Assembly: GCF_964194025.1 (NCBI RefSeq)
Contig: NC_134468.1
Span: 71,052,001 to 71,116,000 of the forward strand
Source: Convolutriloba macropyga
Lineage: Eukaryota
Reading direction: 5' to 3'
Length of the DNA stretch: 64,000 nt
Of the stretch, positions 11,441 to 25,461 are shown piece by piece. Under the pieces are notes generated by a model. The model saw only the letters and a program-made list of their open reading frames with translations. It ran no database searches and was not told the origin of the DNA. A program made the translations under genes and the position numbers. Each line of letters starts with the position of its first letter. The stretch's first letter is position 1.

Positions 11441-14400
11441 TATAAAAAATTCACACGTGGAATTTGGGTTAATGATCAAATTGGGTTGTTGATTAATTCT
11501 TTAACCCTGCCGTGTAGCGTGTTTGTTGGTTTGTTTATGTTAGCATTATCTTGGAGGCAGTTAAATTATTACAAGAAAGGCATCAGTAAAAAAAGTGAAT
11601 TGAAGACATGAAGTAGACAGCTGTATGCGAATACACCAATTCATTTATTCATTTCTTTATTCCGGTTCTTTTTCATTCAAGGCCATGTGGACACTTACTG
11701 GCTGGCTTTCCAGCTATCAGTCACGAGAGCGTCTTTTCAAAGCCCATTCTAATATCAAACAAAAAAGACAATTTAAGAAGAAGAGTGTTGCAGACAGATT
11801 GAAATGACTGAAGAAGTGTCCGGACATTTCTGGAACCTTGAGCAGTCGAAAATAAGACGAGTTTATGGGAAAACACTGGCATATTGTCTGTCAATCGACT
11901 GCCAAAAATAGAATTAAAAGAGGGGGAATGCCACACTCAGTTAGTATAACTATAAATGGGTGGGGGTTGGGGGTCTGGGTAGTTATATCTGGATGACCCC
12001 AGAGAGAAGCAATTTAACGCAGTTGAATGCGTTTCGTTCAATGGCCACAGTCACAAAATCAAATTCAAAGGAGGGCCAAAAATTGTTAACCTATAAATAC
12101 GCTTTGGACCGGTAGAGATCTAAAAATTGGGATCTATAGTACATTTAACAGGAAGACAATGCTCCCGAATTTTATTTGAATTCTATTTAATGAACAGAAG
12201 CAGCAATGTTCGTACCAGTATTTTAAAATTATATCAGGGATTGATTGGAAATTCAGAAATTGAAATGTTTGACATATGGTCGTACCAGTGCAACCCCAAT
12301 CAAGGCCTCGACTTTATGTAAAGACCACATGAGTCCAGACGAGGGAAGTGGAAAAATGGCGCCAGTTACATAGTAAAGGTCAAATTCGAGGTCAAATATT
12401 CTTTTCATGAGTCAGGCCTATTTCAGCTCAGGATTAAACCAAAATCTTCTCATCAATCAAAATTATTCGAGATCAACTATTTTTACAGACAGATTTGAGT
12501 CACAAAATATTCATATTTGATTAAAAAAGCAGAGCCTAATTATCATACTCCAAAAAGTATTTGAGGTACTTCCACGACAAATAAGGCAGCATTTCTGAAA
12601 AATTAGGTGTTTATTTCAACCAACTACTGCTTGGTTTCTAGAAAATTTTAGAAAAAAAGAACACTTGAATTCCCAAGATATATAATTGCCACGCCAATGG
12701 TAGGCTAAAGGTACAATTTAAAAACCATTTAGTTGTGGAAAAAACGTATCAATAAAACCAATATTGAATAAAATCAAATTCTCTCCGTGATAGACTCCAA
12801 TAACATAAATTATAGGAAATTTGAAACTGCTTATAGAATTGGGCCATGATTCTTTACTCACTCCCAAATTCTATAGCACTGGCGAGAAAACAATTCTTAA
12901 GGTAGTGTGATTTGTATTTAACGTCTAAATGGAGGGAAATTATTCTTGTGTCATTTTGGAAATGCAGTGTAGGAACCACTAATTCTAAGAAAACTGGAGC
13001 TCTACTCGATAAAAGTTTCTGCAAGTAAGTGCCTTCTTCAATCCTCAAAAAGAACTGAAAAGGGAGTAATTCATACGGTAACTTTAAACCATGAGATGTT
13101 TCATAATCATGAGATGTAATTTGAAGCAAAAATTTATTGTTCAGTTGAATTGTTTTTCAAGTCCAAATTAGAAGAAAACGCTTAATTCCACTCAATAGGA
13201 CAGGACTATAGTGGAAATAACTGAAAACTTTTGGGTTCATAAGTTTAATTCTGGTACGAAGTGGTAAAAAGTTCTTGGTTGCAGACACTGGTCTTATTCC
13301 ACACGGCCATTTTTGCAGTACAATGTTCCCTTCCTCTTGGTAGATAAGATTTTTGAAAAATTGAGCCCAAACTTCTAGAAATAGAGCAAACAACATAAAC
13401 AAATTTGCAGCACAACAACTTTCTGACAGTTAGAATTTACGAGATTACTGAAATCAGTGAAAACAATTTTAGCCTCAATTTTTTCCAAACGAATTTTTTT
13501 TAATGTTATTGAACCAATTCTTCCATTTCAGAGCAAATTTTTACGAAATCAGTTCATAAAATCATTTTTTGCTAAACTTAAGTTGTTTAATGAACGTTTC
13601 CCAGAAATTATTTGATCACTCGATTTTCAACAACTTCAATTGACGACTTTTTAGGAAATAAAATTGAAATTAAGGATTTGCAAATTTTGTTTTTAGAACT
13701 GAAATCACGGTTTCATTCAAGCGTGGTTATATGTGATTGTAGAGAAATTGATCCTGCTTTACTTTAAGGGAAGTTCATATTGGAGATTTCAAGATTTTAT
13801 AATAAAAGATATAATCGATTCTGTAAAAGCTATTTAAAAACTAGAACCTCAATTTTTCAAATACATCTAGAACCTCAAATACATCTGGATGGTTGAAATA
13901 ATGATTCCTACAAAAATTAAAACGGTCAAAACGGATGAGCCAAACTAACATTTTAAAAAAAAACACTCCTCTGACAGTCAAAACCATTCACCACGCATCA
14001 AAACAATAAGAACAAGAAAATGAATCTTGAAAAATCAGAACTATTCCACAGGAAGAGAATGAATGTTGGTGGTCGTCTGATATAAAAATATCGCAGGATC
14101 AAAACAGTTCATATTTGTGGCGTATTTTGTGTCAAATTAATATGCATTCTTTTCTTTCTGGTAAATTTTTTGGTTGCTTTTCAGAATTTTTTCCGTTCTC
14201 ATCGAATTTAAAATTTGATTTGTTGCATTTGAACTTTTGAAGAGGTGCACAGAGCTTGTTCTAATTAAATTGATACGAATTGTAGGGCTATCATTAGATA
14301 AAAAGATATATTATTTGGAAGTAAACTTATGTCCGTCTAATTTGATTCATTACAGGAACACGCCTAATGTTGAAAAAGCATGAACAAACACTCACATCAA

Positions 14401-17032
14401 AAACACACTGCTTTGTTCAAAATTGTAATTGATCGGGGAGGGACCAGAAATATGAAAAATTAATTAACCCTCCGCGGGAAACAAAGCTCAATCTGATATT
14501 TTACATGACCTGGTTCCACAAAAGTAAAACACTCTCCGGAGAAACATGTATACAAAAACGACGCCTAAGGATGGAAAGAGTATGTTTTTCCATAATGTAA
14601 TATGAAGCTAATTACTATTTGATTAGTTTTTATTTGGCGAAGACAAAAATGGATTCCCGCAGCTGCCCATAAAATGATCGCCTACGCATTCACCTCAGAG
14701 ACAAAAGCTATCAATAACTTTCGGCAGAGGTTGGAAAAATATGAGACTGCTGTTCATACATTCACTTTGACAATCGCATTGATGTGCAAACATATACGCA
14801 ATCGCACGCGCACTGCAATCACCTCAATTATTAATTGACAATCCTTTAAAGACGTCAATTCCGACCGTCTCTTCTTTTTTCCTTTATACTCAATTGAGAG
14901 GTCAATAGAAATTTAGAAGAGCAGACTGCCGTCAATTTTGCTTCCCATTAACAGAAATGAGGTAACAAAACAATTATTGGGTGAAACTAAAAAAAAAAAT
15001 AAAAATAATAGTGCGGTTTGAGCCAAGTTGAGATGGTAGGTCACAAACCTGGGGTCCAGCTGTCAGCGGTAAAGGTCACTACAAAAATGTAATTGCACTC
15101 AATCTTAGCAGGAACGAATAACTCAATTAAAATTAGCAAGAAAACGATGACCAAGCAGTCAAAACCATAATCAATTCAACAAAAACGTTAGAAATGACCA
15201 ATTGCGCCTTTTCTCAACGCCATTAAAGTCATATGTGAGTTTTTACTAATGTAATAATATTACAGGACAAAACACTTGAAAACGGTCAAATGTCCAAAAA
15301 TCGAAAGTATAAAAAGTCGGAAAAACCATTGCTTGAAGCATGAAACTGTATTACGACTAAATTTTCAATCAATGGAATGAGTATTCGGTCTTTCGTGACT
15401 CAGATGATGCAAAAAGATAAAACAACATGATAAAGCGACAAAGCTAAAAAAAATCCCATTTTTTTTCTTAGAAAACAAATATTTATAAAAGTCATAATAA
15501 CTATAAGCTTTCAACTAAGACAGCTAAAAGATGTGTGTATAACAACAAAGGAGTTTTGAAACCCCCCAAAACCTTGTTGCATTCCTCTGACATGAGTATT
15601 TAAAAATAACTTACAACAAAAAGCAGTTAAAAAATTCAATGTGGACAAAGGCGAAGATGAACGTTTTTTTGTTCAATGTTTTAGGAAATATTTACAGCAA
15701 CTCTTTAGCAGAGTCGAGGCAAGCTGATTTTGTGTTGAAACCAAACTCAGATGATGTTATAGCATCCGAGTGGGATGGCTTATGTATTTCAAGAAGTAGC
15801 TCTGGCTGCTTCAACGGGTTGTTTTAATGTTTTTTATCCGAATTTCAAATATTTGCAAATTTGAACTTCAGCAGTGAAGATTTGCAAATATTTTTAAACT
15901 TAACATCTTCCGGAAAAATTCGCAAACATTTCCCAATTTGACGTTACTTTTGGACTAGAAAAGTCTGATTATAATCTGGTCAGAATTGCTTTGAACCATT
16001 CGTATCTCATTCGCTCGACGAATACAGTTGTTTTTCTTTCAAAAAAAAAAGAATTGGCGCTTTAAGTTTTTGGATTGAATTTGTGAAAGCTAGGCATGAT
16101 TTCCCTCAATCCTAGATATGGGGGCAGAATTTAAGGAGGGCAATTTATTGGGAGACAATTAATACAAGGGGCTCAAGAACAGACGTATAACGAGCTAAGT
16201 AAATGCCAAACTCATAAGTTTGAGAAAAGCTTTATTAATAAAATATTGTCTATAATCTTGCTGTATGCTTGTAATTAGGTTAAGATTGAGCCCTCAAGAG
16301 ATTTCTCTCGCTATCTCTCATTCTATCTCCAGTAAACAACAACTATCAAATGTCAGTTAAATTCAACTGTAGCAAATATGAGGCGCCATTTGTTCAAATC
16401 ATCGCAACACTCAAAATGTTCCCGAAATGTCTGCGGCGCCTGTCACTCAAGATTGTGACGTGATAACTGTCCACCAAATGATAAATATTGTTAAGAAGTC
16501 ACACTGGATGAAAAAGAGCAACCGTCTCCCTTTCAAATCAAGTCCAAGTGCTCATTAAAATGAATACGGTGAAAGAACTATCGGGCAAAACAGTTTCACG
16601 CTCGGTGTGCAAAATTGACAGAAAATTTCACTGAGCAGAACTTTGGAGTAATGTTTCAGAAATGTAGTTTCAGATCAACTAACGTTGAAATCTTGCCTTT
16701 GATTTTGAAGTTCATCGGCAATTTTCTTTTCCGGCTCCGAATTTTAATTATTAAAATTTAATTTTAATTTGAAATTGATTTTGATTTTCAGAAGTTTTTA
16801 GAAACTTAAGAGTTTATTAGTAATTTGGAAAAAAACGTATTAATATGATATTGGTATTGATATGAACCTATCACAACCGAACAAAATATTACGACCGAAA
16901 TTCTGTGTTAATTCGATGTTGACTTCCGTTTTTTTCCTATTGGAATCGACTGGGTTTTTTTTTCCGTGGGGATTTTTTTCCTGGACATTTTTCTAGGCTT
17001 TGCATTCACCAAACTACAGGGGCCATGGCTAG

Positions 17033-17273
17033 CGGGATCTACTTCTTTTCACTCCTATTCATTTAACCCCTCTATCATTTAACCCCTCTATCATTTCATC
17101 AAGTCCCACGGGCCGCTGAGGCATGGCCAGGGCCCGCGAGGCATGGCCAAATGATTATATTGCCAATTTAAAATCGGGGTGAAATGATAGAGGGGTTAAA
17201 TGATACAGAGGTGAATAAATCGGGGTTAAATGACAGGGGGTTAAATGAATAGGAGTGAAAAAGAGGGACACCG
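17033..17273. mobile_element. 241-bp foldback-type MITE with 5-bp TSD GCTAG
   Basis: TIR core TTTTCACTCCTATTCATTTAACCCC / GGGGTTAAATGAATAGGAGTGAAAA, with internal ~16-bp subrepeats. GCTAG at 17028-17032 and 17274-17278. Confidence 0.85.
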
Positions 17274-20200
17274 GCTAGCGATAACATGGATTGCGCACAA
17301 TCTCAATGACCGCGATGAATAAAGAAAAAAATTTGCGCTTTTAAACAGTTCAAATTATGCCTAGTGCCCGGTTCGCTTTCATGTTTGTCGAATTTTTCTA
17401 AAGGAGTGCTCCCAAAGTAAAATTGGCTCTAGTTGTGACTTGTTTATCTTGGCAAAACTATCATAATCTAGAGTGCTAATACGTCGTACACTGTCACAGC
17501 GGGTTAACAAATAAACAAAACAGCGACTACTAACTTTTTCCGCCCTACAGAGTACCCCGGGATAACATTATGGCACCCGACTATCGGAGCGAAAAGAAGC
17601 CAGTTTTCCCAAGCCACAAAGACCCCGTTTAAGTACACAAACAATACGAGGAGCTTACTCAGTTTCGATCATGATCTTAACCTCTTTAATACTCTAGTGC
17701 TAAGAACAACAAATGGAGAGCGTTTTCAGAAGTCTTAAATTCTCACTTTTGCTATTATTTACATCAGGTGAATGTACTGAAAACGGTTAAGACTTGAATA
17801 AATTTTCAAAAGTAAATGACATTTGCAAGTTCAAAAATGGTTCTTTTAAACGTTTGAACATTTTGCATTTGCCCCCCCCCCCATACTCTTCTACAGCGCG
17901 ATAGGTTTTACTAGAGCTTAAAATGTTAATATAAATAGGTGATAAATTTTTAAAGGGAACATTAACAAATTAAAACATTAAATACAGATTGAATAAGCGA
18001 CAGACGCGCATTCGAATCTATTTCAGTTCGCCGTGAATAAACTTCCGTGTTCACGCTCTTTTGTGAAACTAATTTGTGTCTCAACATAGAAAACATCATG
18101 TAGGGTCTAATGAGAAGCAATGCCCATCAACAAAGTTGATCATTGCGCTAGTGTGAAATACTTGTTGAAAATACTTTTAATCTAGAGAGAAGAAACACTT
18201 CTTATATCTTATACTTCATTTCACAACGAGCTGCTCATGAAACTGAAAGAAATCTTAGCACACAACATAGGCGGCTGTGCAAAGTCATAAACAAAGGGTT
18301 ATTTGTCAATTTACAAAAGGCAAAATTTACGCAGACAAAACTTGTTCACAAACTAGTGTGTGAAACCTTTCTCATGTGTGGCAAAAAGTGAATTATTTAA
18401 TTCTTTTTGATACATGCAAATTAAATAGCAGGACAAGAGTCTGCTTGGACTATTTTTCCCACAATTCCGGGCGGGGGTTCCAAATTAGGACCACGCATAT
18501 GTTTATCTGATAAGTTCTAGGAAGACTTGAAGTTGGGAAAATCGATGGATTAGGTCAAAATGCGTAGGCGTTTAATGGAATTTGAAGGAGAAAATACTTT
18601 TGCGGAGGTTGATAATGGAAAGTTTTTTCCTTTAATCAGCACAGTCAATTTGCTGCAGTGGGAAATGACACAACAATAACAAGCGGACACACATCAGAAT
18701 ATATCAACAAACAGGAAATCTTAACATTTTTAGAACCCATTAGAACTCTTTTTTTAAGGCAAAAATGGCATAATCTCATTCCCATTTTACCTCTTTTCTT
18801 CCATAGGAATGGAAAAATAGCCGTACATGGAATGGGACCTAAAAATGCTTCAAGGCCAGACGCTGAAAACCGGCCCTTTCTTCTGATAATAATTGAGTTA
18901 GTCCTAATATCACTATAACTAATGGAAGTGTTAATTATTTGCAGAAAATGTCCTATTTATGTACCACAATGAAGGTGTAATAGCAAAAACTAAAGATTTT
19001 TAAGTTCTTAACCAACCCCAACCCAAATGAACTTAATTTGAAACAAGTTAAACAAGTTGATTAAAAAAAGTTCAAACGGTTGCAGTGAAGCTAAAACAAC
19101 CTGAACTTGTAAATGAGAGCTCAGAACATGGCCTGCAGAATGTGACAATACAGTGAAACTAATTGTTCAAAAAAGGGGAATAAAGTGTTCTCTTTTAATA
19201 CATAGAACGAAAAGAGCGAATGTTTTGAAAGAAACTTTTCTGTAAAAAATAAGTTTGAGTTTTCCCAAAAATTGGTTGTGGTAAAAAAGGGATTTTGGTA
19301 CTTCATCTCGTCTTCTAAGAACAAAAGGAAACATTGAAATCAATTTCGTTAACTAACAACAGAAACATGGTTTCTCCTGGAAGAGCTCAAATAATAAATA
19401 TTAATCTATGAAAGTGCGTTTTCAATTTGATTTGATATACACTCATCGAACAAAATAAACACATATTGACAGTTTTGCATCAAATTTTGTAGAACTTCGA
19501 TTATAAAAAGCAGTAACCAGAACTGTTAAATAGATCACTAATAGAAAAAGTTGGAGAGAAAAACTTTGGCCCCATATTTTGATGATGTCAAACCTTTGTT
19601 TTCACATCACAAAGATTTTCAATAAATTATCACCAATGTTTATGCACCTGAGAGCTTCCAATATTGTGATTGCATTTGTTCTCAATTAGAGAACAATCTT
19701 GGTTTAAACTTCTAAAAACACTGCATTCAGTTTTTGACAACCTAAGTCAAATTTGCTAGAAAAAAAACTGAATAAAGAAAACGGCGTGCACCTGTAAAAA
19801 CAGCACAGGGAAGTCGGAAGGGAGAAAGTTGACCCTAAAATTAGATAAAGTCAAACCAACGGTTTTTTACATCAGAAGATCTTCGTTCTCACATGCGAAA
19901 TTTATGCCTTCAATTCTCACTAACGTTTACATACCTGAGAGTTACTAAAATGGATCTTTGGTTGATCTCAATTCGAGTTCATCTTGGTATGAAATTTCAG
20001 AAATATTGCAGTGAGTACCTGATGAAGTAAGTGAGGTATCATAAGTTCTAAAACTTGGGCCAAAAACTAACAAATGATTGCATGAATGAGAATCAAGTTA
20101 TTTATTTTTTTTCTTTTCCTAGAAGTAACGGAACAAAATAATGGTCTTAGATCTTAGATTTTGATTTAAAAAATGTCAAAAGAGGAGTTATGCAGACGAA

Positions 20201-20283
20201 CATATAAAAACAGACCACAGTCGGAAAAATTGCTATCGAATGACAACCGGAGCAATTTAAATCAGGGGCTGTAGCCTAAATAA

Positions 20284-20395
20284 TTTTTTCTTTTTGGGTG
20301 CGAATACATCAGCTGATGGTAGGATTCGAACTCCGACCTGCAGAGTCCGCTTCCGTCATCTCCTGGGAGGTATTAACCACTCGCCCACCAGGCCC
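20284..20395 (-). mobile_element. tRNA-derived SINE-like element
   Basis: Minus strand has A box TGGGCGAGTGG, B box GTTCGAATCC and an A-rich tail. No complete cloverleaf acceptor stem was found. Confidence 0.65.
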
Positions 20396-20467
20396 TTGTC
20401 ATCGAAAGTCTAACAATCGGTTTTGTTTGAGCAAAAAACTTTATTTCGGGGTGAGAGCAATTGAAAT

Positions 20468-22197
20468 CACTAAAAAATCAAAAAGAGCGCCAAAAAGTCA
20501 CCCGGAAAGTTAAAAATTATTCTAGAAGAAAAAGACAAAACAGTCAAGCAAAATTTTGCATAAAAAAGAAACACATTTACAATAATTGCTTCTCACTCGA
20601 GAGCATTTAAAAACCTGACAAATTGTAAGCTCCGCTAAATTTTTCGTGACATTTTTTTTGATGAATTCTAAAAATTAAATTTTCCAAATGTGTATCAAAA
20701 CCAAACTTAGGTAACAAAATATCAAATTAACCCAACCGTTGAACAGAGCAGTATAGTTTGACACAAAAAAGCTTTAGTTTTTGTTAACAAATATCACATA
20801 TTGAAACCCCAACTCAGTGGACGGAGTAACAGGGAAGTGAATTCTATTAGATGAGCTGAAATACTTGACCAGATTCTAAAAATTTCTGTGTTCTACTTGA
20901 TTTGTAAATGAAACTGTGAACAAATATACTAGTATTGACGCAGTTTGACATTAATTACGTTATAAAAAGTTTTAGACGGAAATGTTTGCTTTTCTTGTCT
21001 AAAACTTGATGTTTTAAACTGAATCAAAAAGATTAACTTAAGATTATGTAAATGCAGATTTATTTGAGAATCTATCAAATAGAAGTCACTAAAAAATCAA
21101 GAAGTGCGCCAAAGTGTCACTCGGGAAGCTAAAAATTCCAAAGAATTCCAAAAGTCAAATTTTCCAAAAGTGTATTAAAATCAAACTCATTTAACAAAAT
21201 ATCAAATTAACCCAACCGTTGAACAGAGCAGTATATCTTGAAACAAAAAAACTTCAGTTTTTGCTACAAAATATCACTTATTGAAACCCCAATTCAGTGG
21301 ACGGAATAACAGGAAAGTGAATTCTATTGGATGAGCTGAAGTGATTAACCAGTTTCTAAAAACTTCTGTGTTCAGTTGACTTGTAAATGGAACTTTAAAC
21401 AAATATACTAGTATTGACGCAGTTTGACCTTAATTACGTTATAAAAAGTTTTAGACTGAAATGTTTGCAGTTCTTGTCTAAAACTTGATGTTTTAGGCTG
21501 AATCAAATAGATTAACTTAAGATTATGTAAATGCAGATTTATTTGAGAATCTATCAAATAGAAGTCACTAAAAAATCAAGAAGTGCGCCAAAGTGTCACT
21601 CGGGAAGCTAAAAATTATTCTAGAAGAAAAAGACAAAACTGTCAAGCAAAAAAATTGCATAAAAAACACATGTTTACAATAATAGCTTCTCACTTGAGAG
21701 CATTTAAAAATCTGACCAATTTTAAGCTCCGCTAAATTTTTTGGTGACATTTTCTGAGAAATTCCAAAAATCAAATTTTCCAAAAGTGTATTAAAATCAA
21801 ACTCATGTAACAAAATATCAAATTAACCCAACCGTTGAAATTTATAACCGGTAACAAAATATCAGATTAACCCAACCGTTGAACAGAGCAGTATATCTTG
21901 AAACAAAAAAAAATCAGTTTTTGCTAAAAAAAATATCACATATTGAAACCCCAATTCAGTGGACGGAATAACAGGAAAGTGAATTCTATTGGATGAGCTG
22001 AAGTACTTAACCAGTTTCTAAAAATTTCTTTGTTCAGTTGATTTGTAAATGGAACTTTAAACAAATATACTAGTATTGACGAAGTTTTACATTAATTACG
22101 TTATAAAAAGTTTTAGAAAGAAATGTTTGCATTTCTTGTCTAAAAATTGATGTCTTAGGCTGAATCAAAAAGATGAACTTCAGATTTATGTAAATGC
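20468..22197. repeat. Three tandem copies of a ~480-630 bp unit
   Basis: TCACTAAAAAATCAA.AAG.GCGCCAAA at ~20468, 21086, 21565. ATTAACCCAACCGTTGAA at ~20726, 21206, 21822, 21867. The middle copy lacks about 140 bp. Confidence 0.9.
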
Positions 22198-22859
22198 GAA
22201 GTTTCTATTTAGGTTTTAAATTTAACAAAATATGCATTTGTTTACAGCCAAAAATTATCTAGTTAAATAAACCCATCATTCTGTAAAAGCTGTAAAACGT
22301 GTGTAAACAACAAAATTATTCAGAATTTGTTCTAGACATTTTTCAAAATGAAAAACTTAATTAAAGACCAAAACAATTTTGACTAATGCCCCGAAAAAAA
22401 TACTATAGTCCTAGGTGAAATGACCACAAAAAACCATTTTTGAAAAAGAGTGCTCGAACTTAGATCGATAATTTTTTTCCACAAAATCAATGTTGAGAAT
22501 CTTTTCCCAAAAAAATGTGAGTAACATAAATCCAAAAAAATATATTAAACTAGGAAAACACAAAATGATCTATTTTGGCAAAACATTAATTGCTATTGGC
22601 TGCTAACATTAAGTGAAAAAACCGATACAAATTGCAACTGAATAAGAAATCTCTGTTTTAACCTGTAAAAAAACGAACGAAATTTAAAACTCAAAGTCGA
22701 AAAAAGATTTTCAGCCCTAAATTTAAATAAAAAGATTTTAGTTCCCACATGATCAAGATCTGCTTTCAATTCTCATCAGCAATTATGCACATGAGAGCTT
22801 CTCACATGCTGCTCTCACTTGATCAGAAACAGAGTTATAATTTTTGCGAAAAATTTCGG

Positions 22860-24258
22860 AAACACTTCTGAAAGTTTTAAAAACTTTCAATGAAGTAATG
22901 GAGGTATGATTGAAGCATGGAAAAGAATGTGTTCGGGAAGTTCGAGTGAGGTCATTAGTAAATTCATTTCACGAATGTGATTGCCATTACTTAGTTTCAA
23001 AGAATGTATTGCTGCTCTAAGCTCCTCAATCTTGTTTAAAGGAGAAAAAAGCTTCACACAGATGCTGAACACAGGAAACCCAAAAAATGGATATTCATAT
23101 TTTCGGGGCCATTTTTAGGAAAAACTAACAAAAATAAATGTGGGAAGCAAAATTGCAAACCAACCCACATATTGGCAGATCAGATTACTTAAGTCGTTAC
23201 TCAGTGATAATAATAAAGATCTCCCTTCCGTCTATTCCATGGCCAGAAACCAATCAACTTCGTGGGCCATTTTGTTGAGGAACAAAGATTACCATAACAA
23301 CTACTGATTGAATTTTGATCCATATCTAATCAAATTCTCCAAAACCCAGCTAAAAGTTTCAAAAGTTACAAATTGTGTACAAATCTTTGAAATTTCAACT
23401 TTGCTCTTTTATCAATAAAAAAAAGGGGATGCTCAGCTTCGTTTCAGTTCCGGATTAGAGCTGAATGTATATCTATTTTTTTAATACTCCCAGTCGCACA
23501 TTTTCAAGTGCTCTAAAACCAAAATCTGCTCCAAATTCTTACCAGCATTTTTACACTTGAGAGTTTCAAATTTGAGAGTACAAATTTTAGCATAAAATTG
23601 TGGAAATACTGCTGAAAGTTTTATAAGTTTTTGATGACGTAAGTGATGTATGATTGAAACACTGAAAAGAATGTGTTCGAAAAGTGCGGCTGAGGACAAT
23701 AGTAAAATGATTTCACAGATGAGAATGCAATTAACTACTTTTAATCAATTAAATTGCTGCTCTAAGCTCCTCAATCTTATTTATACGAGAAGATAAAAAA
23801 TTTTACAGATGATGAACACAGAAAACTTGGATATTCGTATTTTCGGGACCATTTTAAAGGAAAAACTTCTAAAATTGAATGTGGGAAGCAAAATTGCAAA
23901 CCAACCCGCACATTGGCTATTTTGATTCAACAAGTCGTTACTCAATGATAATAATAAAGATATCCATTCCGTCTATACCATGGCCAGAAATTAGTCATCT
24001 TCGTGGGCCATTTGATGTGGAACAAAGGTTACCATAACAACTACTGATTCAAATTTGATTCAAAACTAATCAGATTCTCCAGAACCGAGCTGAAAGTTTC
24101 AAACACAAATGTTACAAATTGTATACAACTCTTTGCCATTTCAACTTGGCTCTTCTATTAATAAAAAAAATGTGGATTGACTCAGCTTTGCTTTAGTTGC
24201 GGATTAGAGCTGAATGAATATCTATTTTTTGAATACTCCCAATCGCAAATTTTCAAGG
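22860..24258. repeat. Diverged tandem duplication, period ~745 bp
   Basis: 22868-23508 aligns with 23612-24258 (e.g. TGTGGGAAGCAAAATTGCAAACCAACCC, TTACCATAACAACTACTGATT). Confidence 0.9.
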
Positions 24259-24430
24259 GAGTACACTTTGAGAAGAATTTTGTTAAAAACCAGGAAATTC
24301 TGAATATAGTCAACTGTAACTGCACCTCACTAAAAATAATTAGTAGTCAAAAGTCTTCTCAGTTGCCTACCGCTTGGATTCCCCCTCAAATTGATGTAAA
24401 ATCTGCATTTTGTGAAATCTACAAACTAAC

Positions 24431-24895
24431 CCTGTTGTTCATTTCAATCATGTCCGATTTATGAGCAAAATCCACTGCCTGCTTTCCTAGTTTTTCCAGC
24501 CTTTCCCTAGCTACAGATTCCATCGTCTCTCTCATTTGAGGAAACTCATTCAGAACCTGACTAAAATCAGCCTGGTCCAAACTGTACATGTTACAAAACG
24601 TCTCAGCTTTGATTGTTGCAGTCCTTCGCAGTTTTGCGAGTAGGCAAATCTCTCCGAAGTATGATCCTTCGGCTAATTGAGCGACACATGTTCCATCTGA
24701 GATTATGACGTCAACAGAGCCAGTTTGTATGAAGTACATCTTGTAGCCGAGAGTGCCTTCCTGAATGACTGTGTCGCCAGGCTGGTACACTTCAAACTGC
24801 AGCTTTGAGACGACAGCTGAGACGAAAGCAGGATCGGCGTCTTTGAAGAAAGGCACGACGCCTACCAGTTCCCTGCAATTGTAGTTCAACACTTC
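24431..24895 (-). CDS. HCN: HCN-like channel exon: end of C-linker and cyclic-nucleotide-binding domain
   Basis: EVLNYNCRELV...FEVYQPGD..IQEGTLGYKMYFIQ...GSYFGEICLL..RRTA...VARERLEKLGK. Acceptor ttcag and donor GTTAGT; 155 codons. Confidence 0.96.
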
Positions 24896-25314
24896 CTGAA
24901 AAACAGATAAAATCGCACATGATTGAATTTTTGGAATGAAATTTCATCGCTTAATTGAAAGGGTCAAACTTTTCGCAATAGCAAGGAAGGTTTTCACAGT
25001 TTTGAAAAAAACGGCTTAAAGAGTTAGCTCTGGTATTAAATGATTTTATCACCAATTGCGCAACGAGAAAATAGTCAATCTGGCTCTGTAACTTCTTTTA
25101 AAAGTCTTTTCTACACACGAGGACATGAAAGCACAAACTCTAGTAACCAAAGTGTATTTAACTGATCAATTTTTAGTACTACAAAATTAAAGATTAAATT
25201 AATTTTCATTTTAAAACTTAATTTGATGAATCTTTGACTATAAACGACTTTAAACGAACTTGAACAATAAATTACAGATCCAAGAAACATTCAAGACATC
25301 AAACTTTGACTTAC

Positions 25315-25461
25315 ATTTCGTAGGCAGTCGTTGAGTTCGTTGAGCACATCATTCTCGTTGAACATTTTGCCCTTGAATTTGTACTCGTAGTACTGGTGGA
25401 TTCTCACTTGCAATTCGGGTGGAATCTTCCGATGGTACATGTACTGTTCCACCTGCTTCAT
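25315..25461 (-). CDS. HCN: HCN-like channel exon: C-linker (not in the ORF track)
   Basis: MKQVEQYMYHRKIPPELQVRIHQYYEYKFKGKMFNENDVLNELNDCLRN; tttag / GTAAGT; 147 nt, phase 0-0. Confidence 0.96.

Noticed and set aside
11501-17507. piggyBac-like TTAACCC...GGGTTAA ends 6 kb apart
   Set aside because: The match beyond the first 7 bp is weak and no transposase remnant was seen.
20284-20395. Functional tRNA gene
   Set aside because: A and B boxes are present, but there is no convincing acceptor or anticodon stem, and an A-rich tail follows.
24419-24430. Read-through of the CNBD exon giving a short isoform ending VSL*
   Set aside because: There is a good GTTAGT donor in phase with the next exon and no nearby minus-strand AATAAA. 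It cannot be excluded without RNA data.
10744-24430. Additional HCN exons or nested genes in the 13.7-kb last intron
   Set aside because: No ORF with recognisable protein features was found. Small exons cannot be excluded by eye.
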